This document shows, in pieces, positions 9,026-16,860 of a stretch of DNA of 44,917 bases. The position numbers and the translations under genes are program-made. Below the pieces are notes generated by a model. It was not told where the DNA came from. It saw only the letters and a program-made list of their open reading frames with translations, and made no database searches. This DNA is from an uncultured Eubacteriales bacterium (GTDB lineage Bacteria; Bacillota; Clostridia; Christensenellales; CAG-138): the NCBI GenBank assembly GCA_902790115.1, contig CADAQS010000003.1, forward strand, positions 1 through 44,917. Direction: 5' to 3'. Position 1 is the stretch's first letter. Each line of letters starts with the position of its first letter.

Positions 9026-9889
9026 ATGGGAAAAATGCGGCTTTTGAGCGGCGCGGGCGCGACGACGGAGGGCTTTTGCCTTGTGAAATCCGTTGCGGCG
9101 CGGACGGACGTCAAAGGAAGCGAATATCTCGATTTTGTGCTGGCGGACAGCGAGGGCGAGTGTGTGGCAAAGCTGTGGAACTACAGCCGCGGCTATCACG
9201 GCACGTTTGAACCGGACGACATCATCAAGGTGCGCGGCTCGGTGCAGATCTGGAAGGACAACGAGCAGTTCAAGATCGACCGCATCCGGCATGCCGGACC
9301 GGAGGACGACGTGGACATGAGCGAGCTGGTGCCGTGCGCGCCGTTCGATTCGCAGGAGATGTATGACGAGCTCTACGGTCCGGCAGGCGTCAAGCTGCAT
9401 CATGCGACGCGCGGCGGTCTGCTGCATCATACGCTCTCGGTCGTGCATCTGGCGCAGAATGTGTTGAAGCTCTATCCGTGGCTGGACGGCGATCTGCTGC
9501 TGACCGGCGCGATCCTGCACGACATCGGAAAGCTGACCGAGCTGGACACCGGCTCGCTCGGCCTTGCGGGCGCGTATACCGCCGAAGGGCAGCTGCTCGG
9601 GCACATCAGCATCGGCATGTCGATGGTCGCGCAGGCGGCGGAGGTCACGATGGTGCCGCAGAAGACAGCGATGCTGGTCGAGCACATGCTCCTGTCGCAC
9701 CACGGCAATCCCGAGTACGGCAGCCCGCGTCTGCCGATGATCCCGGAAGCCGAGGTGCTTTCGGTCTGCGACCTGCTGGACAGCCGCTTGTTCGAGATGC
9801 ATGCCGCGCTCGATTCCGTTGCGCCCGGCGGCTTCTCCGAACGTCTCTGGGCACTCGACAACCGGCAGCTCTACAAAGCTGAACCGTAA
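9026..9889 (+). CDS. yhaM: 3'-5' exoribonuclease YhaM-like (OB-fold plus HD domain)
   Basis: N-terminal OB region (DFVLADSEGECVAKLWNY..IKVRGSVQIWKDNEQFKI) and HD domain (HHT..ILHDIGK..SHHG). RBS GGAGGAG. Confidence 0.85.
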   Translation: MGKMRLLSGAGATTEGFCLVKSVAARTDVKGSEYLDFVLADSEGECVAKLWNYSRGYHGTFEPDDIIKVRGSVQIWKDNEQFKIDRIRHAGPEDDVDMSELVPCAPFDSQEMYDELYGPAGVKLHHATRGGLLHHTLSVVHLAQNVLKLYPWLDGDLLLTGAILHDIGKLTELDTGSLGLAGAYTAEGQLLGHISIGMSMVAQAAEVTMVPQKTAMLVEHMLLSHHGNPEYGSPRLPMIPEAEVLSVCDLLDSRLFEMHAALDSVAPGGFSERLWALDNRQLYKAEP

Positions 9890-9931
9890 CGAAGAGGTCC
9901 GTTTGACACGGTTTCGGACAAAAGAGAACAA

Positions 9932-9958
9932 AGCAGCCCTTGATACGGCTGCTTTTTG
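9932..9958 (+). terminator. Intrinsic terminator after yhaM
   Basis: AGCAGCC / GGCTGCT stem followed by TTTTT. Confidence 0.7.
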
Positions 9959-9987
9959 TATTCCGGGACCTTTTCTCCCGAAACCCG

Positions 9988-10016
9988 TTGGCAAACCACC
10001 GGTTTTCCTGTATACT
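9988..10016 (+). promoter_or_regulatory. Candidate promoter of the acyltransferase gene
   Basis: TTGGCA, 17-nt spacer, TATACT. Confidence 0.5.
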
Positions 10017-10083
10017 GAACGCAGGGACGGCGGCTGCGGCTGCCGATAAACGGCGCGGGAGCGCCGCAGGTTCGGGGGAAAAT

Positions 10084-11355
10084 ATGAAACAGCAAATTGA
10101 ACGGTTCGACATGAAACGACCGCCGATCCGGACGCGTTGGTTTCTGCGTCCGCTGACGTACCTGCTGAGCGTGCCGGAGGTTCTGACCCATCGTGCCAGG
10201 ATCCGCAGGATCCGCGCGGACGGACTGAAGCCGCCGTATGTGCTGCTCTGCAACCACAATGCGTTTCTGGATTTCAAGGTCGCTACCAAGGCGATCTGGC
10301 CGCACCGTGCGAACTATGTCGTTGCGATCGACGGTTTCATCGGGCGCGAGGAGCTTTTGCGGCAGGTCGGCTGCATCTGCAAGCGCAAGTTCACGAGTGA
10401 CATCACGCTCGTGCGGCAGCTCAAGCGCGTGGTGCAGAACGGTGACGTCGCGATGATTTACCCGGAGGCGCGGTATTCGCTGTGCGGAACGACCGCGGTT
10501 CTGCCGGCGTCGCTCGGAAAGCTGTGCAAGCTGCTCGGCGTGCCGGTCGTGACGCTGATCTGTCACGGACACCACATCGATTCGCCATTTTGGAACCTGC
10601 ACAAGCGCGGCGTGCGCCCGACTGAGGCGGAACTGACGGTCCTGTTTACGCCGGAAGAGCTGAAAGCCGCGAGCGCGGACGAGGTCAATGCGCGGATCGT
10701 CGAAGCGTTTCAGTACGACGAATACGCGTGGCAGAAGGCGCGCGGCATCCGCGTGACCTATCCGAAGCGCGCGGAGGGACTTGAAAAGGTGCTGTACCAG
10801 TGCCCGGCCTGCCAAACGGAGTTTCAGATGGCGTCGGAGGGGACGCATCTGTTCTGCAAGGCCTGCAAAAAGCGGTGGGAGCTGACCGAGCTCGGCGAGC
10901 TGCGGGCGGAGCAGGGCGAAACGGAGTTTTCGCACATTCCGGACTGGTACGAGTGGGAGCGGAAGAACGTGCGGCGCGAGGTCGACGCGGGCACCTACGA
11001 CAGCGGCGAGCTGCCGGTCACGGTACGGTCGCTGCCGAACGCGAAGCGGTTTCTCCTGCTCGGCGAAGGGACGCTGCGGCACACGATGAACGGCTTTACC
11101 GTGCGCGGGACGGACGCGGACGGCGACCCGTTCTGCATGGAGAAGTCGGTTCCTTCGATGTATTCGTGTCATATCGAGTATGAATACCTCGGCAAATTCG
11201 GCGACTGCGTGGATCTGAACACGCTCGAGGACACGTGGTACATCTATCCGCATGACTGCGCGTTTTCGGTCACGAAGATGGCGCTTGCGACCGAGGAACT
11301 GTATTTTGCCGACCGGGAGAAGGCCGGTCATCCCTGCAAACCGGGACTCGCGTAA
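10084..11355 (+). CDS. PlsC-family (lysophospholipid) acyltransferase with a long C-terminal extension containing a zinc ribbon
   Basis: Starts MKQQIERFD. H(X)4D motif CNHNAFLD, then IYPEARYS. CPACQ..x15..CKACKK in the extension. RBS GGGGGA before ATG 10084. Confidence 0.75.
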   Translation: MKQQIERFDMKRPPIRTRWFLRPLTYLLSVPEVLTHRARIRRIRADGLKPPYVLLCNHNAFLDFKVATKAIWPHRANYVVAIDGFIGREELLRQVGCICKRKFTSDITLVRQLKRVVQNGDVAMIYPEARYSLCGTTAVLPASLGKLCKLLGVPVVTLICHGHHIDSPFWNLHKRGVRPTEAELTVLFTPEELKAASADEVNARIVEAFQYDEYAWQKARGIRVTYPKRAEGLEKVLYQCPACQTEFQMASEGTHLFCKACKKRWELTELGELRAEQGETEFSHIPDWYEWERKNVRREVDAGTYDSGELPVTVRSLPNAKRFLLLGEGTLRHTMNGFTVRGTDADGDPFCMEKSVPSMYSCHIEYEYLGKFGDCVDLNTLEDTWYIYPHDCAFSVTKMALATEELYFADREKAGHPCKPGLA

Positions 11356-11361
11356 TCTTTT

Positions 11362-11393
11362 AGCGGACTGCCGAACGCAGTCCGCTTCTTTTT
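11362..11393 (+). terminator. Intrinsic terminator
   Basis: AGCGGACTGC / GCAGTCCGCT stem followed by TCTTTTT. Confidence 0.75.
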
Positions 11394-11450
11394 ACGGATT
11401 TTACGGGATCCGGATTGTTTTTTGTCGGAATTCGGATTATACTGCTTGGC

Positions 11451-12359
11451 ATGGAAGAGATTTTACTGCAGGCGGGGATGCTGCTCGCCGTGATCCTGCT
11501 CGGCTATTGCCTGCGCCGCTTCAATGTGCTGCCGAAGGAAGCGTTCCGGATCGTTTCGAAAATCGTGATCTGGGTCACGCTGCCGTGCGTCGTGATCAAA
11601 AACTTCGCGGCAACGACCATGGACGGCGCCTATCTTTCGATGATCGGCATCGGCTTTTTCTGCATGGCGCTGCTGGCGTGGCTCGGCTATCTGCTGAACC
11701 GGAAGAAGGACGTCAACACCAAGGTGTTCGATATGCTGAACTTCACGGGCTTCAACATCGGCTGCTTTGCGCTGCCGTTCATCTCGGGACTGACCGGCCC
11801 CGCAGCGGTCGTTGCGGTGTGCATGTTCGACGCGGGCAGCGCGCTCGGAGCGTCGGGCGGGCTGAACATTTTGTGCAAGTCGATGCAGGAGGGCAAGGGC
11901 GTCCGCATCGGCAGGATTTTGCTGCAGCTTTGCAAGACGTTCCTCGTCATGGTCTACGTCGTGATGATCGTGCTGCGGCTGCTGTCGGTTCCGATTCCGT
12001 CGGTTGTCACGCGGTTCTGCGACGTCTGCGGAAGAGGCAACAGTTTCCTTGCAATGCTGATGATCGGCCTCGGCATCAATCTCAGGATCCGCCGGGATCA
12101 GTGGAAGTGGATCGGAAAAGCGCTGCTGGTGCGGTTCGGCACGGCGATTCTGCTGAGCTTTTGCTTCTACCGGCTTTTGCCGTTTTCGGAGGAGGTTCGG
12201 CTCGGCGCGTCGCTTGCGGTTCTGGCGCCGGTTGCGTCGCTGGCTCCGCCGTTCACGCAGGAGCGCGGCGGCGATTACGGCCTTGCGAGCAGCTGGAATA
12301 CGCTGACGATTCTGATTTCGCTGGTTCTGATGACATCGGTCATGCTGCTGACCGCATAA
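11451..12359 (+). CDS. AEC family transporter (second paralogue in the window)
   Basis: Starts MEEILLQAGMLLAVILLGYCLRRFNVLPKE; polytopic membrane protein. The start is uncertain (weak RBS; the track uses TTG 11415). Confidence 0.75.
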   Translation: MEEILLQAGMLLAVILLGYCLRRFNVLPKEAFRIVSKIVIWVTLPCVVIKNFAATTMDGAYLSMIGIGFFCMALLAWLGYLLNRKKDVNTKVFDMLNFTGFNIGCFALPFISGLTGPAAVVAVCMFDAGSALGASGGLNILCKSMQEGKGVRIGRILLQLCKTFLVMVYVVMIVLRLLSVPIPSVVTRFCDVCGRGNSFLAMLMIGLGINLRIRRDQWKWIGKALLVRFGTAILLSFCFYRLLPFSEEVRLGASLAVLAPVASLAPPFTQERGGDYGLASSWNTLTILISLVLMTSVMLLTA

Positions 12360-12365
12360 AAATAT

Positions 12366-12390
12366 GCTCCGGGTTCCCGGAGCTTTTTTT
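12366..12390. terminator. Intrinsic terminator between convergent genes
   Basis: GCTCCGG / CCGGAGC stem followed by TTTTTTT. Confidence 0.75.
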
Positions 12391-12417
12391 CTGGATTGCA
12401 GGAATCCATCGGTCCCG

Positions 12418-12864
12418 TCACAGCTCAAACCGGAAGACCTTGACAAGGCGGCCGCCTTCCAGGTACATCTCATTCGTTTCGGGGATCGGTTCGATTCCGA
12501 GGTATTCGCCGCCTGCGAGCATGCAGGTGCGCGCCGAGGCGTCGTTTTCGGGCATGCAGGTGATGATCAGATACTGCATGCCGTGCCGGCGGGCAAGCGC
12601 AAACAGCAGCCGGCAGGCCTTGGCTGCGTAGCGATTGCCGCGATAGGGTTGGTCGATCGCATAGCCGATGTTTCCGCCGATCGCCGTCTTTTCGTTGTGT
12701 CCGATCCGCAGGTCACAGGTTCCGACCTTCGTTCCGTCCGTGCGGCAGATGTCGAAATAGTACGCCGGGAGCCATTGTTTTTGCGGCTGCGCTTCGGCGG
12801 TGCGGGAAAGGGAGAGCAGGATCTCTCCGTCGCAAAGATCGGAAGTGTCGAAAAACGTGTTCAC
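12418..12864 (-). CDS. GNAT family N-acetyltransferase
   Basis: GNAT-like core (IGYAIDQPYRGNRYAAKACRLLFALARRHGM). The GTG start overlaps the TGA of the upstream gene (GTGA). Confidence 0.8.
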   Translation of the reverse strand: MNTFFDTSDLCDGEILLSLSRTAEAQPQKQWLPAYYFDICRTDGTKVGTCDLRIGHNEKTAIGGNIGYAIDQPYRGNRYAAKACRLLFALARRHGMQYLIITCMPENDASARTCMLAGGEYLGIEPIPETNEMYLEGGRLVKVFRFEL

Positions 12865-13265
12865 AGCAGTGCTTTTAACTGTTCGATCACGCCGTTCAGC
12901 AGCGTGCGCATCGACAGGTCGTTGACGCCGACGATGCGGTTGTTGCAGTGATTGACCGGGATCAACAGCTTCTGCGCAGGGCTCTGCCCGACCGCGACGG
13001 CCATTGCGGGCGTGATTTCGCCGAGCAGCGAATCCGCGATCACGATGCCGATCGGCCCGATGATCAGATCAGCCTTGGGCGCGTTGACGCGCACGGCGTT
13101 TTCGCCGGTTGCAGCCTGATCCGCGCCGCCTTTGAGCATCGCGGCGGTGGCGAGACTGTTGGTTCCGATCGCGGTCACGGTGCAGGGGAGCTGCTCCGCT
13201 TTGATCCGCTCGATCACCTCTTTGCCGAGGCGGCCGCCCTGTCCGTCGATTACAAGAATATCCAT
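12861..13265 (-). CDS. DUF3842 family protein
   Basis: MDILVIDGQGGRLGK...AIGTNSLATAAMLKGGADQAATGENA...IIGPIGIV matches the DUF3842 pattern as I remember it. Alternative start at 13274 (MDTMDIL). Confidence 0.7.
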   Translation of the reverse strand: MDILVIDGQGGRLGKEVIERIKAEQLPCTVTAIGTNSLATAAMLKGGADQAATGENAVRVNAPKADLIIGPIGIVIADSLLGEITPAMAVAVGQSPAQKLLIPVNHCNNRIVGVNDLSMRTLLNGVIEQLKALL

Positions 13266-13292
13266 CGTATCCATCCTTTCCTTGCTGCAGAA

Positions 13293-13321
13293 AGTATAGC
13301 ATCGAACCGGACGGAATGCAA
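13293..13321 (-). promoter_or_regulatory. Candidate promoter of the DUF3842-GNAT operon
   Basis: Minus strand: TTGCAT, 17-nt spacer, TGc-TATACT. Confidence 0.55.
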
Positions 13322-13361
13322 CGCTGCCGGGCGAAAAAAGAGGAATTTCCGGCGGTTTTTC

Positions 13362-13390
13362 TTGACAAGGCGGGCGGCGGGTCCTACAAT
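13362..13390 (+). promoter_or_regulatory. Candidate promoter of the DUF5684-like gene
   Basis: TTGACA, 17-nt spacer, TACAAT. RBS GGGAGG lies before ATG 13420. Confidence 0.6.
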
Positions 13391-13419
13391 GAGGACAGGA
13401 AACATGGGAGGTTAGACAA

Positions 13420-13755
13420 ATGGATAAAGCGATTTCCGTGATTTGGGCGGTTGCGACGCTCGTATTTATGTACATGGCGTTCGAGAAGATGGATCTGGTG
13501 GCGTGGAAAGGCTGCGTGCCGGGGTATAACCTGTATGAGCTGTGCCGTGAATTCGACGGCAACGGTTGGCGCGTGTTCATGTTCCTGATCCCGGTGTACG
13601 GTCTGATCCTGTGGATCAAGCTCTGCATGAAGTGGGCGCGCTCGTTCGGCAAGACGAATGGCTTCGGCGTGGGCCTTGCCCTGCTGACGCCGGTTTTTCT
13701 GGGAATGATCGTGTTCGACCAGAAGGCCTGCTATCAGAAAACCGTCGAACTGTGA
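13420..13755 (+). CDS. Small membrane protein, DUF5684-like
   Basis: Three hydrophobic segments and the pattern W..FMFLIP....I..I......A.SFGK..GFG.GLALL, recalled from the DUF5684 family. Confidence 0.6.
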   Translation: MDKAISVIWAVATLVFMYMAFEKMDLVAWKGCVPGYNLYELCREFDGNGWRVFMFLIPVYGLILWIKLCMKWARSFGKTNGFGVGLALLTPVFLGMIVFDQKACYQKTVEL

Positions 13756-13770
13756 CGGAGTTTGTCAAAC

Positions 13771-13805
13771 GGCGCTTCCCCGCAGCGGGGAGGCGCTTTT
13801 TGTAT
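13771..13805 (+). terminator. Intrinsic terminator
   Basis: GGCGCTTCCCCGC / GCGGGGAGGCGC stem followed by TTTTTGT. Confidence 0.8.
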
Positions 13806-13963
13806 GCGCAAAATCCCCAAACAGAACCGTAAAAGCCCGTTTCGCCCCGATTCGAGCCGGATCCGAGCCGATTCGCCGAAAGTGAACTCTAACCGGTTTT
13901 CGGCAACGGTGTTAGAATGAAGCCATCAAAAGCGAAGCGCTCCGGCGCAAAAGGAGGCAAGGA

Positions 13964-14743
13964 ATGGCGAAATACCGCGTTTTGCTGGCAGACGACAACA
14001 GCCGGTTTACCGATCTGATGAAAGGATTTCTGCTTGCGCAGGAGAACATTGCGGAAGTCGATACGGCTTCCGACGGTAAGGAGGCTCTGCAGCTGCTGAA
14101 GGAAAAGCGTTACGACGTGCTGACGCTTGACCTGATCATGCCGAACGTGGACGGGCTGTCCGTGCTGGAGCAGTTGTCGGCGGTCTGCGGCGCGGAGGCG
14201 CCCGCCGTCGTGATCCTGTCGGAGCTTAGGAATGAGGCAATGGTGCGCCGCTGCTGCGCGATGGGCGCACGGTACTATATGGTCAAGCCGATCGAGCCGG
14301 AAACGCTGTACAAGCGGCTCGTGCAGATGCTCGAAGCCGATCAGCCCAAGGGCGGCATCCTGTCCTATACGCAGTCGCCCAAGTCGTTCGACGAAAAGGT
14401 TACGGCGATCTTCCTTGTCGCCGGTATCCCGGCGCACATCAAAGGTTATCATTACCTGCGCGAAGGGATCCGCATGGTGTACGAGGAGCCAGGCCTGATC
14501 AACCGGATCACCAAGGAGCTGTACCCGGGTATCGCAAAACGCTTCGGCACCTCGGCGAGCAAGGTCGAGCGCGCGATCCGTCACGCGATTGAAGTCGCCT
14601 GGACGCGCGGCAAGATCGAAAACCTGAACGGCCTTTTCGGCTACAACATCTACGGCAAGAACGATAAGCCCACCAACGGCGAATTCATCGCGCTCGTCGC
14701 GGACAAGCTCTTAATGGAGGAGCAGAGCCGAAAGGCGGTGTAA
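13964..14743 (+). CDS. spo0A: Sporulation master response regulator Spo0A
   Basis: Receiver domain (LLADDN, LDLIMP) and the Spo0A-specific C-terminus (GIPAHIKGYHYLREGI, ITKELYPGIAKRFGTSASKVERAIRHAIEVAW). RBS AAAAGGAGG. Confidence 0.95.
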   Translation: MAKYRVLLADDNSRFTDLMKGFLLAQENIAEVDTASDGKEALQLLKEKRYDVLTLDLIMPNVDGLSVLEQLSAVCGAEAPAVVILSELRNEAMVRRCCAMGARYYMVKPIEPETLYKRLVQMLEADQPKGGILSYTQSPKSFDEKVTAIFLVAGIPAHIKGYHYLREGIRMVYEEPGLINRITKELYPGIAKRFGTSASKVERAIRHAIEVAWTRGKIENLNGLFGYNIYGKNDKPTNGEFIALVADKLLMEEQSRKAV

Positions 14744-14919
14744 CAGCAAGAAGACCGGCCATAGCGCCGTTTTCATACAGCTTGCAGGAGAAGCCCCGTC
14801 TCCTTGCAGGAATGCCCCAACCTCATAATCCGTGGAAAGTCGCCGCGTGAAATACCGTGCAGGGATCACGCAGCGGCTTTTCACGTTTTGGAAAAGGTGT
14901 TTTATAATCCGGCTTGTAA

Positions 14920-15456
14920 ACAAAGATCAAAACCGATATAATAAAGCATAGACAACCAAAAGAAGGAAATTATCTTTTACTTCCATTAACGTCAAGTGAA
15001 AGACGCAGATACGTTCCTATTGGTTATCTTCCATATACTGTAATTGCAAACAATTCAGTTCAACTAATACCAAATGCAACTTTGTATGACTTTGGGATAG
15101 TAACATCTAATGTATTTATGTCTTGGATGCGAACTGTTTGTGGAAGATTGAAAAGTGATTTTCGTATTACAGTAACTAACGTCTACAATAATTTTCCTTG
15201 GCCGACACCGACCGACGCACAACGGGCAAAGATTGAACAGACCGCGCAAGGCATTTTGGACGCGCGTGCGCTCTATCCGGATTGTTCGCTTGCCGATCTC
15301 TATGATGAAACGACGATGCCGCCGGAACTGCGAACCGCTCACCAAAACAACGACCGCGCTGTTATGGAAGCATACGGCTTCTGGGGCAAGCTGAATTCGG
15401 AAAGCGCGTGTGTTGCGGAACTTATGAAGATGTATCAACAGCTAACGGCACAATAA
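14920..15456 (+). pseudogene. 3'-terminal remnant of an MmeI-family (type IIL/IIG) restriction-modification enzyme or DNA methyltransferase
   Basis: In-frame translation ..NYLLLPLTSSERRRYVPIGYL..NATLYDFGIVTSNVFMSWMRTVCGRLKSDFRITVTNVYNNFPWPTP..DARALYPDCSLADLYDETTMPPELRTAHQNNDRAV matches the conserved C-terminal region of this roughly 900-aa family as I recall it. Only about 180 codons are present and the upstream frame is closed by TAA at 14917. GC is visibly lower than in the flanks. Confidence 0.75.
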
Positions 15457-15468
15457 GAAAGAGATAGG

Positions 15469-15502
15469 GCAAGAGGCTTCACGCCTCCTGCTCTTTTCGT
15501 TT
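15469..15502 (+). terminator. Intrinsic terminator after the R-M remnant
   Basis: GCAAGAGGC / GCCTCCTGC stem (one mismatch), loop TTCAC, then TCTTTTCGTTT. Confidence 0.6.
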
Positions 15503-15550
15503 ACTCCCCGTATAACATTTTTTCGGCGCGAAAGAGGAGGAAAAAACCGG

Positions 15551-15658
15551 TTATCCACAGGACAAAGTGGACATTTCGGAAGTTGTCCACCGAAAAATTC
15601 CCCAAAAATTCATAAAGCTGTGGATAAATGTGGATAACTTTGTGGACGAAGTGGAAAA
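15551..15658. promoter_or_regulatory. DnaA-box cluster: 3 perfect and 4 degenerate 9-mers
   Basis: Perfect boxes: TTATCCACA 15551-15559; TGTGGATAA 15619-15627 and 15629-15637. Two mismatches: TTGTCCACC 15583-15591, TGTGGACGA 15641-15649, AGTGGAAAA 15650-15658. Three mismatches: AGTGGACAT 15566-15574. Confidence 0.75.
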
Positions 15659-15723
15659 AAGCGCTTTCTATATAGATATACAGAAAACCGGATAGGCGGG
15701 CGGATCGGACGGGAAACGGCGGG

Positions 15724-16725
15724 TCAGAAGCTGCGGCAGATCGCGTAAAACAGCGCGCTGCGCTCGTCGCGTTCGCCGGATTTGACGAGCGCGTTGACCT
15801 CGGCAAACGCCGCAACGGCCTGTTTCAGCGACGCGGCGGACTGCTTCTGCGCGTTCTTCAGCGTGATCTCGGCGGCGGCGGGACTTCCGCCCATGCGGGA
15901 GAGGATCTCCGCGCGCGAACGCTTGCGGTCGAGCATTTCCCGCGCGATCAGCATCTGCCGGAGGCGTCCTTCCAAAAACGATGCGGTGCCGATCGGCGAT
16001 TCCTTGCCCGCGTTGAGCACGGATTCGAGCATCCGGAGCGCCGCTTTCTTGTTTCCGGCGAGCAGGCAGTCGAGCATTATGAACGCTTTGTACTCTGAAG
16101 ACGGCGTAACGGCGGTTTCGAGCACGTCTTTTGTGATCGTGCCGCCGTTTCCGACGTAGCCGGATGCTTTGCTGAGCTCGTTTCGCAGACGGTACGCGTC
16201 GGTGCCGACCATGTCGATCAGGACGCGCGCGGTCCGGTCGTCCAGAACGGCGCCCCGCAGGGCGGCTTCGCGCATGCAGAACTTGGCGGCGCGGTCGGGC
16301 GTCAGCGCGTCGAAGCGAACCGTCCGGTCGCGCGCGGTAAACAGCTTGGTGAAGTTGGTCTCCTTGGCGTCGCCGCGGCGTATAAACAGCACGATCGCGT
16401 CGGGCAGCGCGAAAAAGCGATCGATCGCGTCCGGCGCATGCCTGGTTTCGGCGTTGAGAGCGTCGTAAAGATCCGCGTCGCTCCAGTCGGTTACGACGAC
16501 GATGTGATAGGCGTCAAAAAACGGAAGCTGCCCTGCGGCGACCAGAATGTCGCGCAGCGAAGGCCCTTTCAGCCGGTGCAGATTCATTTCCGAAAAGGCG
16601 GGGTCGAGGGTCGCCAAAATCCGGTCCGCCGCCTCCTGCTTGGTGAGCTCCTCGCTCCCGAGCAAAAGGTAGGGGCCGCGCAGCGTTCTTGCGTTGGTTT
16701 CCCGGAAAAGCGCCTGTTCGTTCAT
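15724..16725 (-). CDS. holA: DNA polymerase III delta subunit
   Basis: Starts MNEQALFRETNARTLRGPYLLLGSEELTKQ; 333 aa with HolA-like organisation. The upstream 47 codons of the track ORF are rejected (TTG start, no support). Confidence 0.85.
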   Translation of the reverse strand: MNEQALFRETNARTLRGPYLLLGSEELTKQEAADRILATLDPAFSEMNLHRLKGPSLRDILVAAGQLPFFDAYHIVVVTDWSDADLYDALNAETRHAPDAIDRFFALPDAIVLFIRRGDAKETNFTKLFTARDRTVRFDALTPDRAAKFCMREAALRGAVLDDRTARVLIDMVGTDAYRLRNELSKASGYVGNGGTITKDVLETAVTPSSEYKAFIMLDCLLAGNKKAALRMLESVLNAGKESPIGTASFLEGRLRQMLIAREMLDRKRSRAEILSRMGGSPAAAEITLKNAQKQSAASLKQAVAAFAEVNALVKSGERDERSALFYAICRSF

Positions 16726-16731
16726 GCCGCT

Positions 16732-16760
16732 ATTGTACCACGGAACCGGCAAAAACACAA
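16732..16760 (-). promoter_or_regulatory. Candidate holA promoter abutting the start codon
   Basis: Minus strand: TTGTGT, 17-nt spacer, TGg-TACAAT, then 6 nt (AGCGGC) and ATG. No Shine-Dalgarno sequence. Confidence 0.45.
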
Positions 16761-16860
16761 CGGCGCGCGCCGAAAAAAGTCCGGAGACAAAAACGGTGCA
16801 CAGGTGCGGGGAAGGCACCGGAAAAAGGCGGAAAAAAGCCCGGAAAATCTGAAAAAATGC

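Noticed and set aside
12481-12510. tRNA-like T-arm (GGTTCGATTCCGAGG)
   Set aside because: It lies inside the GNAT CDS. No matching acceptor stem, D-arm or anticodon arm could be built from the flanking sequence.
14785-14825. Terminator after spo0A (AGGAGA..TCTCCT within a CTTGCAGGA direct repeat)
   Set aside because: The stem is only 6 bp and no T-run follows. It is more likely part of the decayed R-M gene sequence than a functional terminator.
15660-15690. Calling the AT-rich tract next to the DnaA boxes a DNA-unwinding element with DnaA-trios (a full oriC call)
   Set aside because: The tract is only about 23 nt. I could not phase a run of 3'-GAT-5'-type trios next to the boxes in either orientation, and dnaA/dnaN are not in the window. 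I therefore report it only as a DnaA-box cluster.
15501-15815. 104-aa minus-strand ORF spanning the DnaA-box region
   Set aside because: It overlaps the holA 3' end out of frame, has no RBS, and its product has no recognisable features. It is probably an artefact of the intergenic sequence.
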